Of a DNA stretch of 21,053 nucleotides, positions 1 to 9,074 are shown piece after piece. Within the stretch, counting starts at the first letter, position 1. Every line of letters begins with the position of its first letter. The notes beneath the pieces are model-generated. The model was not told the DNA's origin. It did not search any database and saw only the letters and a program-made list of their open reading frames with translations. Source of the DNA: Bacteroidales bacterium (lineage in GTDB: Bacteria > Bacteroidota > Bacteroidia > Bacteroidales > DTU049); assembly GCA_016937255.1 (NCBI GenBank), contig JAFGWG010000136.1:1-21053 (forward strand), written 5' to 3'. The position numbers and the translations under genes were made by a program.

Positions 1-63
1 AAAAAGCAAAACTTGTAAAAATCACATTCCCTAAATATCTGGAACTTGCTGCATAAAAAAAGA

Positions 64-83
64 CTGTATCAGTTATGATACAG
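64..83 (+). terminator. Stem-loop CTGTATCA-gtta-TGATACAG, probably the terminator of a gene ending just left of the window
   Basis: Perfect 8-bp inverted repeat with a 4-nt loop. It is preceded by an A-run. On the minus strand the same hairpin is followed by TCTTTTTTTATG. A possible stop codon TAA lies at 54-56. Confidence 0.3.
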
Positions 84-109
84 CCTCGTATATTTTATAA
101 AAAAATCAA

Positions 110-117
110 TAAGTTTG
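110..117 (+). promoter_or_regulatory. Bacteroidota-type -7 promoter box TAAGTTTG (TAnnTTTG) upstream of the dipeptidase gene
   Basis: Exact TAnnTTTG match 16 nt upstream of ATG 133. No clean -33 TTTG is visible; that region reads TTTTAT. Confidence 0.3.
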
Positions 118-132
118 CAAAAAATCAATTTT

Positions 133-1749
133 ATGAAAGCTCTTTTCGCATTTCTGTTTCTTTTCACCATTGTTTTCGGACAGTTTCTTACTGCCCAAAA
201 CGAAGATTTTAATCTCGACGAAAGCTGCACCTGTATTGTAGCGGGAGAAAAAGCCACAACCGACGGATCTGTAATAACCAGTCATACCTGCGACGGCAAT
301 TACCGCACCTGGCTGAATGTGATTCCGGCTGCGACGCATAAAAAAGACGAAGTAGTGGAAATTTATAAAGGCGGCATGCATACCGAAACTCCATGGGATA
401 CCCGTGGTCTGGAAAAGCGTGGTGAAATTCCGCAAGTGAAAGAAACCTATGCTTTTTTAAACACAGCCTACCCATGTTTGAATGAAAAGCAGTTGGCCAT
501 TGGCGAAAGCACCATTAGCGGACGCAAGGAAATGAAGAGCGACAAAGGCATATTTCTAATTGAAAATTTGGAAGCCATCGTTTTGCAACGCTGCACAACT
601 GCCCGAGAAGCCATCAACCTTATGGGCGAATTAGTAAAAGAATATGGTTATTGCGATGCCGGCGAATGTTTGTGCATTGCCGATAAAAAAGAAGTATGGA
701 TTTTTGAGATTTTCGGCCCTGGTGAAGACGAGATCGGTGCAGTTTGGGCTGCACAGCGCATTCCCGACGATCATGTTGGCGTTTGTGCCAATATAAGCCG
801 TATTGGCGAACTCGATCTGAAAAACAAGGATTACTATATGGCTTCAGATAACGTCTATGATCTTGCTAAAGAAATGGGATTCTGGGATGGTGAAGAGCCT
901 TTTAAATTTTGGAAAGCCTATAGTGGAGCAAAACCTTTTCAGATTCGTGAATACTTTATTCTAAGTTCAGTTGCTCCATCACTCAATTTGCAATACGATG
1001 CCGATGAACTGCCATTTTCAGTAAAACCCGATGAAAAAATATCTGTTCGCGATGTGATGGCCCTCCTACGCTCTACTTTTGAAGGGACCGAATGGGACAT
1101 GACCCAAAACTTAAAAATGCTTGATCGCAACAAAGATTCTAAGGGAAATATTTATTATGATACTATTGTTTCACCCTATGCCAACCCATGGATGCGAGGC
1201 GAAATGATGAGTACCTATAATTACCAGAATGAAGATGCCGTAAAATTTAACCGAACCTGTGCTGTTGCCTGGTGTAGCTACAGCTTTGTAGCCCAGCTCC
1301 GCGATGATCTTCCCGATGAATTTGGCGGCGTGGCCTGGTTTGCTTTCGATAATCCCGGGCAAAGCCCTCGAATTCCTATTTTCTGCGGAACGATGAGCCT
1401 GCCGGAATCATTTAATTATTCAGGGCAATTCGATTTCAATTCAAAATCGGCACATTGGCAATACCGTCAGGCAAACAGACTGGCTACCGTTAAATATGGA
1501 GAAGGTCGCGAGCTCATTGAACCTGCTTTAATGGAATATGAAACTAAAGCGTTTGATGAAATTGCCTTTGTGCAAGAACATGCCTCAAAACTGCTAAAAG
1601 AGGACCAAAAAAGCCATAAAAGCGGGGATCCTACTCATTTGTGCAAAGATTATCTGACCCAATACACAGCCGATTTTTATGGCATGACTGCTCAGCGCTG
1701 GCTCGAACTCAGGGATGAGTTTTGGACTAAGTTTCGGTTTTCGTTTTAG
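133..1749 (+). CDS. Secreted peptidase family C69 dipeptidase (cysteine, Ntn-hydrolase-like)
   Basis: The ORF track starts at TTG 115, but ATG 133 gives a classic signal peptide MKALFAFLFLFTIVFGQFLTAQ. The conserved C69 N-terminal block SCTCIVAGEKATTDGSV carries the Cys nucleophile near the mature N-terminus. Length of about 540 aa is typical of PepD-like dipeptidases. Confidence 0.8.
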   Translation: MKALFAFLFLFTIVFGQFLTAQNEDFNLDESCTCIVAGEKATTDGSVITSHTCDGNYRTWLNVIPAATHKKDEVVEIYKGGMHTETPWDTRGLEKRGEIPQVKETYAFLNTAYPCLNEKQLAIGESTISGRKEMKSDKGIFLIENLEAIVLQRCTTAREAINLMGELVKEYGYCDAGECLCIADKKEVWIFEIFGPGEDEIGAVWAAQRIPDDHVGVCANISRIGELDLKNKDYYMASDNVYDLAKEMGFWDGEEPFKFWKAYSGAKPFQIREYFILSSVAPSLNLQYDADELPFSVKPDEKISVRDVMALLRSTFEGTEWDMTQNLKMLDRNKDSKGNIYYDTIVSPYANPWMRGEMMSTYNYQNEDAVKFNRTCAVAWCSYSFVAQLRDDLPDEFGGVAWFAFDNPGQSPRIPIFCGTMSLPESFNYSGQFDFNSKSAHWQYRQANRLATVKYGEGRELIEPALMEYETKAFDEIAFVQEHASKLLKEDQKSHKSGDPTHLCKDYLTQYTADFYGMTAQRWLELRDEFWTKFRFSF

Positions 1750-1970
1750 TCTTCCAACGCAAATCATAAAGCCAAAATAAGATATAGCAATGAATGAGTT
1801 TGGCATGAAACCGCTGCAAAGCGCATCAAGAAAATCTGCACCTTAAACGGTTCCATGTCAGCAAATTACACACTTTTCGCTGGCAGACGATGAATTGATT
1901 AATGCACAGATTTTAAAACAAAGAAGATATGGGTTCAAGCTATGCATGATGCCTGAAGGTCAAAGCCAAT

Positions 1971-2001
1971 TTAAAAAAGGCGACTCCAAAAAGAAGTCGC
2001 C
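1971..2001 (-). terminator. Rho-independent terminator for the NfeD-flotillin operon: GGCGACT-9nt-AGTCGCC with a T-tract on the minus strand. It may also act in the plus direction for the dipeptidase gene.
   Basis: The 7-bp GC-rich stem sits at 1979-1985 and 1995-2001. On the minus strand it is immediately followed by TTTTTT (complement of the A-run at 1973-1978). It lies 23 nt past the flotillin stop, between convergent genes. Confidence 0.55.
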
Positions 2002-2023
2002 ATTCATGAAATAGTGTAATAAT

Positions 2024-3595
2024 CTATTTCTTTTTAATATCCTTTTTTTCCTCTTTTGGCATTGGAGGAGGATTTTGTTTTACAATTTTGGGTTCAACCT
2101 TAGTGTCGCTAGGATCTTTCGCTAGATATTCGGGTAACTCAATTCCTGCCATATTGAAAATATCCTTCAATGGAGGGACCGATTTATAAAGCCCTGAAAT
2201 GAAGTTTGAAGTGGAAGTATTACCATCTGCACCGCTCTTTCCGCTATCCCAAACAGTAATTTTATCAATCTTGATATTCTTAATGGCATCACTTTGCATT
2301 CTAACAATTTCGGGCAATTTATCAGCGATAAGCAGCATAAATGCATCGCGACTATTGTTGCCTGCAGCTTTCACCACAGAATCGAGACCTTCAGCTTGTT
2401 TAGAAAGTACTTCAAAAATACCTCGAGCTTCTGCATCCATTTTCATAAAAATGGCATCTGCTTCCCCTTGAGCTTCCTGACGGGTTTTTTCAGCAACGGC
2501 CTGAGCAGCAATAATGGCTTTTTCTTTTTCAATCTCGGCATTTACAATAACGCTGGCTTTTTGCATGGCTTTTTCTTTCTGAGCACGAGCTTCCTCAGCG
2601 AGTTTCTCGGCCATGTATGCCTCTTGCAATGCTTGCGCGCTTTGCACCTTCTCTGATGCAAAGGCTCTTTTCAAAGCTTCAGCTTCCCGCTCACGGCGTT
2701 CGGCTTCAGAATTTGCGATGGTAATTTTTGCGAGGTTTTCCCCTTTCACCGCATTTGCATTTGCCTCTGAAGTCTTAATACGTGTTTCTTGTTCGGCAAG
2801 GGCTTTTCCAATGTTTTCGTCTCTGGCCGCATTGGCGATAAGAATTTCTTTGTCTTTATAAGTATCTGCAATCATTGAATCGCGTTCCTTAATGGTCATC
2901 GCAATTTCAACGTCTTTTTCCTTTTCTGCAACCGCTTTTCCGGTTTGCCCAAGTTTTTCCTGTTCAGCAACACTCTTAATAGCCTCGTTTACCGCTTTTG
3001 CAGCAGCTTCTTTTCCCAAAGCTGCGATATACCCAGACTCATCCTTAATATCGGTTACGTTTACGTTGATTAGCTTCAGACCAATCTTTTTCAATTCTGC
3101 TTCTACGTTGGCAGATACGTTGGCGAGAAATTTATCGCGGTTATTATTAATTTCTTCAATATCCATGGTCGCCACAACCAAACGCAACTGACCGAATATA
3201 ATATCTTTAGCCAGATCGTGAACTTCCTGAGCCTGAAGCCCCAGCAATCGTTCGGCAGCATTTTCCATAATACCGGTTTCAGTAGAAATAGCTACGGTAA
3301 AACGACTTGGAACATCAACACGGATATTCTGCCGGGAAAGCGCACCCGTTAAGTTTACCTCGATCGAAATCGGAGTAAGATCCATAAATTGATAAGCCTG
3401 TAAAACGGGCCAAATAAATGAAGCACCACCATGTATACACTTGGCAGAACGATGGCCGCTAGGCCCTGAACCAATTTTACCATAAACAACCATAACACGG
3501 TCGGATGGACAGCGTTTGTAACGACGCAAAATAGTAACTATTAATATAAATACGAATAGTACTGCAGCACCAATCAAAATAGGCATGTATTCCAT
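2024..3595 (-). CDS. Flotillin family protein (SPFH/band-7 domain, YqiK-like)
   Basis: An N-terminal TM helix is followed by RRYKRCPSDRVMVVYG, as in YqiK/flotillin. An SPFH domain is followed by a long Ala/Glu/Lys-rich coiled-coil (EA repeats). Total 523 aa. A small NfeD-like gene lies immediately upstream on the same strand. Confidence 0.85.
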   Translation of the reverse strand: MEYMPILIGAAVLFVFILIVTILRRYKRCPSDRVMVVYGKIGSGPSGHRSAKCIHGGASFIWPVLQAYQFMDLTPISIEVNLTGALSRQNIRVDVPSRFTVAISTETGIMENAAERLLGLQAQEVHDLAKDIIFGQLRLVVATMDIEEINNNRDKFLANVSANVEAELKKIGLKLINVNVTDIKDESGYIAALGKEAAAKAVNEAIKSVAEQEKLGQTGKAVAEKEKDVEIAMTIKERDSMIADTYKDKEILIANAARDENIGKALAEQETRIKTSEANANAVKGENLAKITIANSEAERREREAEALKRAFASEKVQSAQALQEAYMAEKLAEEARAQKEKAMQKASVIVNAEIEKEKAIIAAQAVAEKTRQEAQGEADAIFMKMDAEARGIFEVLSKQAEGLDSVVKAAGNNSRDAFMLLIADKLPEIVRMQSDAIKNIKIDKITVWDSGKSGADGNTSTSNFISGLYKSVPPLKDIFNMAGIELPEYLAKDPSDTKVEPKIVKQNPPPMPKEEKKDIKKK

Positions 3596-3616
3596 AAAAT
3601 TGTTTTTTTAGTTTAA

Positions 3617-4192
3617 CTATATTTTTGAAACAAGAAAAGTCTGTGCACTAAGTCTTTCGAGAATTTTCACCTGACTACCGGTAGCAATATCTTCGTTTTC
3701 ATCGGTAACAGCACCATATTCCATTAATCTACCCTGAACAAGAACAGAAATTTTTCCATTCCCTTTTCGCTGAGCAGGGATCATAAGATATACATCTGCA
3801 TTTTGACCTACCGCATTACTTTCGTCAACATTACCACTGTCGGCAAGTTTAGCCATGAAATAAAATATCAACGCCATAATGGTCATCATTATAAGCCCGG
3901 CAATAAATGAAATGAGAATAGATAAGCCCGGAGCCATGCCGCTTTTCAAACACAAGAGTCCTGTCCATCCAGCAATAGTAAAAAATGCCACAAGGTTTTT
4001 CAGGGTTAAAAACTGAAATGGTATTCCACTATCAGAATCTACTTCAGCATCACCATCGCCAATAGCATCATGATCGGTATCGCCCGAGAAAAAACTGAGT
4101 ATCGTTTGGAAAATAAAAAACAAAGAAAATACGAAAGCAATTATACCATATATTTTCCCCAATGTGGTTAATTCTGTCCAAAAAGTTTCCAT
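3617..4192 (-). CDS. NfeD-like / YqiJ-family inner-membrane protein, the partner of flotillin
   Basis: An N-terminal TM helix is followed by an acidic Asp/His-rich loop (GDTDHDAIGDGDAEVDSDSG) and two further TM helices. The C-terminal ~60 aa (ADVYLMIPAQRKGNGKISVLVQGRLMEYGAV) resembles a beta-rich NfeD OB-fold. It lies 21 nt upstream of flotillin, matching yqiJK-type gene order. Confidence 0.65.
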   Translation of the reverse strand: METFWTELTTLGKIYGIIAFVFSLFFIFQTILSFFSGDTDHDAIGDGDAEVDSDSGIPFQFLTLKNLVAFFTIAGWTGLLCLKSGMAPGLSILISFIAGLIMMTIMALIFYFMAKLADSGNVDESNAVGQNADVYLMIPAQRKGNGKISVLVQGRLMEYGAVTDENEDIATGSQVKILERLSAQTFLVSKI

Positions 4193-4317
4193 TATTTTAA
4201 TAGTATTAAATTACTAATGGCAAAAAATCATGCACTAAAATAATAATTCTTATGAGAAAATTAAAGTTTGTTGAAAACTATTTATGTAAAATGAGTGAAA
4301 TAATACATCAGGGACAC

Positions 4318-5421
4318 TTATTCCGTCTTCTTATACATCCACATAGCTAATGGCAGTAGTACTGCTGCAAATGAGCTCATAATTATAAAAAGATGCTTTG
4401 TGGCTTCAAATCCACTTCCTTTGAGTAAAACCATACGAATAAATTCAATGAAATACTTAATTGGATTAACAAGATTAATGCTTTGAGCCCAGGCGGGCAT
4501 AGAATCAACGGGTGTAAATAATCCACTTAGGATTATAAATAGCATCATAAAAAACCATGATACAAACATGGCCTGCTGCTGTGTTTTATTTATAGTGCTC
4601 ACAAGTAATCCTAGCGATAAAACAGCAACCAAATAAATAGCTGTGAAGCCAAAAAGAAGTAGCAGCGATCCCTCTATTGGAATCCTATACAATAACCATG
4701 CGATGAGTAAGCCAATAGCCAGTTCTACTTGAGCGATAATCCAGAAGGGAATAAGTTTTCCGGCAATAAACTGATATTTTTTTACCGGCGTAATATTAAT
4801 CTGCTCTATGGTCCCGATTTCTTTTTCACGAACAATATTCATAGAACTCAAAAACAAGCCAATTAATGTAACCAAAAGCACCAGAATTCCGGGAACCATA
4901 AAACTTGGGTAATTCATTTCAGGATTAAACCAATACGAATATGTGCTTTCAATCTGAGAGATTTTCTGACCAGTTCCACCACTGATCGATTTTACATAAT
5001 CGGCAGCTATGGCATTACAATATGCATTGATTAATGAAGCAGATGACGCATTGATGGCATTTAGCACCAATTGAATTTCAGTCCCCTGCATATTTACCAA
5101 ATCACGTTCAAACCCTTCAGGCAAAACAAGATAACAGTCAGCAGCGCCTTTATCCAACGCTTGTTCGCAATCATTCAAATTTTCTGCTGTGTTACTTACT
5201 TCAAAAAACGGAGAATTCATAAAACGAGAACTTAATTCCCTCGAAGCAGGGCTTAAATCCTGATCCAAAATCTCCATTCTGATATTCTTCATCTCAAAAG
5301 TCGCTGCATTACCCAAAATCAGTAGCTGAATAATCGGCATCATAAAAATCATAGGCAGCATAGCACGATTTCGGAAGATCTGCAAAAACTCTTTCTGTAT
5401 GAATATGAGAATCGTCTTCAT
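4318..5421 (-). CDS. ABC-2 type transporter permease (YbhR/YbhS-like), second permease of the efflux operon
   Basis: 367 aa with an N-terminal TM helix, a large periplasmic loop and five C-terminal TM helices, typical ABC-2 topology. Its start codon overlaps the upstream permease stop by 1 nt (TAATG). Confidence 0.8.
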   Translation of the reverse strand: MKTILIFIQKEFLQIFRNRAMLPMIFMMPIIQLLILGNAATFEMKNIRMEILDQDLSPASRELSSRFMNSPFFEVSNTAENLNDCEQALDKGAADCYLVLPEGFERDLVNMQGTEIQLVLNAINASSASLINAYCNAIAADYVKSISGGTGQKISQIESTYSYWFNPEMNYPSFMVPGILVLLVTLIGLFLSSMNIVREKEIGTIEQINITPVKKYQFIAGKLIPFWIIAQVELAIGLLIAWLLYRIPIEGSLLLLFGFTAIYLVAVLSLGLLVSTINKTQQQAMFVSWFFMMLFIILSGLFTPVDSMPAWAQSINLVNPIKYFIEFIRMVLLKGSGFEATKHLFIIMSSFAAVLLPLAMWMYKKTE

Positions 5422-6521
5422 TAGTCTAGCCTGATTTTGAATTTCTTAATACTTACAATGAGGAAAAACATCATCATTCCAAAAATGACCAGTATTTCCT
5501 TCCATATATACATGAAGCGGAGGCCTTTTAGCATCACCGCTTTTAAAGCAGTAATAAAATAGCGCGCGGGAAAAGCGCTGCTAATTGTTTGCAGCCAGAC
5601 CGGCATATTATCAATTGGAAAAATATACCCCGATAGCAAAATAGTGGGAAGCAAGAGCCCTACCATCGATATCATCATCGCCATAAGTTGATTGGAGCTT
5701 ATAGTCGAGATTAATATTCCGAGAGAAAGCGCCATCAAAATGAATAATACACAAAGTCCAAGTAGCAAAGCTATACTGCCACGATATGGGACTCCAAAAA
5801 CAAAGGTTCCCATAAGCAAAATGACTGCAAGATTACTTAGGGCGATAAAAGCATAAGGTGCGACCTTCCCAAGAACAATTTGCCAAGGTTTCAGTGGTGA
5901 TACAAGAATAGCCTCCATGGTTCCACTTTCTTTTTCTCGGGTTATTGAAATGGATGTCATCATGGTAGAAATCAACATCACCAAAAGTGCAATTAATCCA
6001 GGCACAAACATATAGACACTTTCGAGGTTTTCATTATATCGAAAACTACTTTGCACCTGAAGCGGAAGAAACTGCGAAACCTGTTGCTGTAATAAATAAT
6101 TGGCGATAATACCATTGGTATAATTCACCAGCATATTGGCATTATTTGGATCAGAAGCATCGGTTAAAATCTGAACTTTTGCAATACCTTCACTATGGAA
6201 TTTACGAGCAAAATCCTGTTCGAAAACGAGAATTTCCTTTACTTTTCCTGCTTTAAACAATTCTTCTGCCCTACCCGGATCTGTAATGACATCCTGCAAT
6301 TCAAAATAGCCTGAGGACAGCAATTTATCGGTGATTTCATGAGTCATATCATCGCCGGATAAATCCATAACGGCAATGCCTGCATTTTTCAAATCCATAT
6401 TAATGGCATAGCCGAAAATCAACATCATAAGAAATGGTATGAGCAGCAAAATAAGCAAGGAGCGAACATCACGAATAATGTGAATCAGTTCTTTTCTGAA
6501 AAATCCTAAAAACTGCTTCAT
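5421..6521 (-). CDS. ABC-2 type transporter permease, first permease
   Basis: 366 aa with the same ABC-2 topology. Its start overlaps the upstream ATPase gene by 4 nt. The two permeases are paralogous in architecture. Confidence 0.8.
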   Translation of the reverse strand: MKQFLGFFRKELIHIIRDVRSLLILLLIPFLMMLIFGYAINMDLKNAGIAVMDLSGDDMTHEITDKLLSSGYFELQDVITDPGRAEELFKAGKVKEILVFEQDFARKFHSEGIAKVQILTDASDPNNANMLVNYTNGIIANYLLQQQVSQFLPLQVQSSFRYNENLESVYMFVPGLIALLVMLISTMMTSISITREKESGTMEAILVSPLKPWQIVLGKVAPYAFIALSNLAVILLMGTFVFGVPYRGSIALLLGLCVLFILMALSLGILISTISSNQLMAMMISMVGLLLPTILLSGYIFPIDNMPVWLQTISSAFPARYFITALKAVMLKGLRFMYIWKEILVIFGMMMFFLIVSIKKFKIRLD

Positions 6522-7261
6522 AATTCTGCTTTTTGAGGACGTACAAGTTTCAGAAAAACATCGTTCATGTTCTTGGCTCCGGCATTTTCTTTGAGCATTT
6601 TTGGCGTATCAAGTGCCGCAATTCTTCCCTGATCCATAATAGATACTCGATCGCAATATTCTGCCTCATCCATATAATGTGTTGTAATGAAAACCGTCAC
6701 ACCACTTTCGGCTGCCTGATATATCATTTCCCAGAACTGACGGCGTGTACGCGGATCCACACCACTGGTAGGTTCATCCAGAAAAACGATGGGAGGCTCA
6801 TGAAACATAGCGATACTGAAAGCCAGTTTTTGCTTCCAGCCAAGTGGAATAGATGCCACTAATGTTTTTGCAACATCTTCCATATTTAGTTTTGCAATCA
6901 GCTTTTCGGCTTTAGCCCTAAATTCTTTACCTCTAATTCCATAAATCCCGGCAAAAAAGCGAATATTTTCATATACCGTCAAATCTTCATACAAACTAAA
7001 CCGCTGGCTCATATATCCGATGATATGCCTTATTTTATCGGTGTCGCGATAAATATCAAAGCCTGCAATATCTACCTCCCCGGAAGTAGGTTTGGAAAGT
7101 CCACACAGAATTTTCATTGCTGTGGTTTTCCCTGCACCATTAGCTCCCAGAAATCCGAAAATCTCACCTTTATACACTTCAAAATTAAGATTGTCATTGG
7201 CTGTAAAATCACCAAATTTCTTAACCAGATTCTTCACAATAATAATTCGCTCTCTATCCAT
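6518..7261 (-). CDS. ABC transporter ATP-binding protein (NBD2) with a degenerate signature motif
   Basis: Walker A GANGAGKTT, Q-loop MSQRF, Walker B IVFLDEP and H-loop TTHYMDE are all intact. The ABC signature is IPLGWKQK instead of LSGGxxQ. Confidence 0.9.
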   Translation of the reverse strand: MDRERIIIVKNLVKKFGDFTANDNLNFEVYKGEIFGFLGANGAGKTTAMKILCGLSKPTSGEVDIAGFDIYRDTDKIRHIIGYMSQRFSLYEDLTVYENIRFFAGIYGIRGKEFRAKAEKLIAKLNMEDVAKTLVASIPLGWKQKLAFSIAMFHEPPIVFLDEPTSGVDPRTRRQFWEMIYQAAESGVTVFITTHYMDEAEYCDRVSIMDQGRIAALDTPKMLKENAGAKNMNDVFLKLVRPQKAEL

Positions 7262-8180
7262 TCAGCACCTCCTTCTCTTCTTCAGTTCTGGCAGAAAGGT
7301 GTAAAAACACATCCTCTACAGATGCCTGAATTTCCACGATTTGAATATTCTGAAATTCATTTTTGATTTGCTGAAATACCGCTTCAGCATCTCCAGATAC
7401 CTGAAAATGAACATTTTGCCCAAAAGGATAGATATTAAAACACGTGTTGAAAGTTCTCAAATAGCGCAAGATATCATAAGTTCTTGCGCCCGAAACCGAC
7501 CAAAGTTTTCCGGAAATCATTTGCTGAATGGCTTCGGGGCTATCTTCGGCAAGAATATCGCCTTTATACATCATGGCAATTCGGGCGCAGAGTGAAGCCT
7601 CATCCATGTACGGAGTGGAGACCACAATGCTAAGTCCTTCCTTTTTTAAACGAGCCAGCATTTCCCAAAACTCCTGTCTTGAAACCGGATCTACGCCAGT
7701 AGTTGGCTCATCTAAAAAGAGAATTTCAGGCTTATGAATCAATGCACAGCTCAAAGCCAACTTTTGCTTCATTCCACCCGACAATTTACCTGCCCGACGT
7801 TTTTTAAACGGCTCAATATGAGAATAAATATCTTTTACCATGTGGTAATTTTCCTCAATACTGGTCTTAAAAACCGAAGCAAAAAACTGAAGATTTTCCT
7901 CCACGCTTAAATCTGGATAAAGAGAAAATCGACCGGGCATATAACCTGATATTTTGCGAATTTCACGATAGTCTTTTACCACATCATAACCCAATACTGT
8001 GGCCGAACCCTCATCAGGGATGAGCAATGAGGTAAGAATTCTGAAAAGCGAAGTCTTACCCGCGCCGTCGGGTCCAATAAATCCATACATCTCACCTTTA
8101 TCAATAGTGAAATTAAGCGAATTTAAAGCCTGAACCGACTTATACCTTTTGACCAGATTATGTGCTTCTACTGCAAACAT
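7254..8180 (-). CDS. ABC transporter ATP-binding protein (NBD1) with a canonical signature but no Q-loop Gln or H-loop His
   Basis: Walker A GPDGAGKTS, signature LSGGMKQK and Walker B ILFLDEP are intact. The Q-loop position reads MPGRF where MSQRF is expected. The H-loop reads STPYMDE where TTHYMDE is expected. An extra C-terminal ~60 aa is present. Confidence 0.9.
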   Translation of the reverse strand: MFAVEAHNLVKRYKSVQALNSLNFTIDKGEMYGFIGPDGAGKTSLFRILTSLLIPDEGSATVLGYDVVKDYREIRKISGYMPGRFSLYPDLSVEENLQFFASVFKTSIEENYHMVKDIYSHIEPFKKRRAGKLSGGMKQKLALSCALIHKPEILFLDEPTTGVDPVSRQEFWEMLARLKKEGLSIVVSTPYMDEASLCARIAMMYKGDILAEDSPEAIQQMISGKLWSVSGARTYDILRYLRTFNTCFNIYPFGQNVHFQVSGDAEAVFQQIKNEFQNIQIVEIQASVEDVFLHLSARTEEEKEVLNG

Positions 8181-8186
8181 ATTTCC

Positions 8187-9068
8187 TTATTCAAAAATGA
8201 CCTCACCGGGCATTCCAATTTTTATTGATCCGTCGTTGGGCACCAGAACTTTTATGGCATAAACAAAATTTACACGCTCTTCCTTGGTTTGAATAATCTT
8301 CGGGGTAAATTCAGCCTGAGAACTAATCCAAGTAATGGTTCCACCAAAAGTCTTGTAGTTATCTTTGCCTTCATCAATGCGAACTTTCACCGATTGTCCG
8401 ATTTTAATTTCCGACAATTGCGAACCACTGATATATGCTTTCAGGTACATTTTATTCAAATTTGCAATTTTAACAAGAGGCTTGCCTGCTCCGGCAACCT
8501 CACCTACATTAACATATTTGGTCAAGACTACAGCGTCTATCGGACTTTTTATAACACAACGCGAAATCTGATCGAGAAGCATCTCAATCTGAGCATCCAT
8601 TGCAGATGCCTCGGCCGAAATGGGAGAATTCTGAGAATACACATTCTCAATTTGCTTGTCGATAATCTGTATCTGATAGACAAGTTCATCTTTTTGCTTT
8701 TGCGTAGCGGCACCATCTTTTAGCAATGCTTCTACTCTAAGAAGCTCCTTTTCTAGATTTACTTTTTGTTGTTTCAGTACATCGCTTTGGGTAAACACAT
8801 TTCCCCCACGAGAAAGAATAGCTCGACGTTGTGCTTGTAAAGATTTTAATTTGAGCACCAATGGTACAGAATCGATGACCCCGATAATATCCCCTTTTCC
8901 CAACGCCATTCCTTCTTCGATATCCATCGAAATGATTTTTCCGCTCACTTCAGCAGAAATCAAGATTTCATCACTTTCAAAATTGCCATATGCATCTGCT
9001 TCTTTATTTGAAGAATTACAAGATGCAAAAAGTGCAGAAATCAGCACAATGAAATAGTATTTTTTCAT
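8187..9068 (-). CDS. HlyD-family membrane fusion (periplasmic adaptor) protein, probably lipid-anchored
   Basis: Signal peptide with LFASC (lipobox-like Cys at about residue 17). Has biotinyl/lipoyl-like hairpin, coiled-coil and beta-barrel segments. 293 aa. Packed within 6 nt of the TolC and ATPase genes. Confidence 0.85.
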   Translation of the reverse strand: MKKYYFIVLISALFASCNSSNKEADAYGNFESDEILISAEVSGKIISMDIEEGMALGKGDIIGVIDSVPLVLKLKSLQAQRRAILSRGGNVFTQSDVLKQQKVNLEKELLRVEALLKDGAATQKQKDELVYQIQIIDKQIENVYSQNSPISAEASAMDAQIEMLLDQISRCVIKSPIDAVVLTKYVNVGEVAGAGKPLVKIANLNKMYLKAYISGSQLSEIKIGQSVKVRIDEGKDNYKTFGGTITWISSQAEFTPKIIQTKEERVNFVYAIKVLVPNDGSIKIGMPGEVIFE

Positions 9069-9074
9069 GATATT

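Noticed and set aside
69-475. Three minus-strand ORFs (62-109 aa) over the dipeptidase 5' end
   Set aside because: They overlap the well-supported C69 dipeptidase gene and its promoter. Their translations lack recognizable features.
2199-3191. Four plus-strand ORFs (90-120 aa) antisense to the flotillin gene
   Set aside because: They lie opposite the Ala/Glu/Lys-rich coiled-coil region, whose biased codons naturally create long antisense open frames. The translations are low-complexity (Ser/Phe/Leu-rich) and there are no promoter or start signals.
4193-4317. Looked for a terminator hairpin between the efflux operon end and the NfeD start
   Set aside because: There is no convincing GC-rich stem-loop, only AT-rich sequence and a weak TAGTTTTC -7-like match. 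The efflux operon may read through into the NfeD-flotillin genes, but this cannot be decided from sequence alone.
8289-8723. 144-aa plus-strand ORF inside the HlyD gene
   Set aside because: It is fully nested antisense within a well-supported operon gene, with a low-complexity translation and no independent signals.
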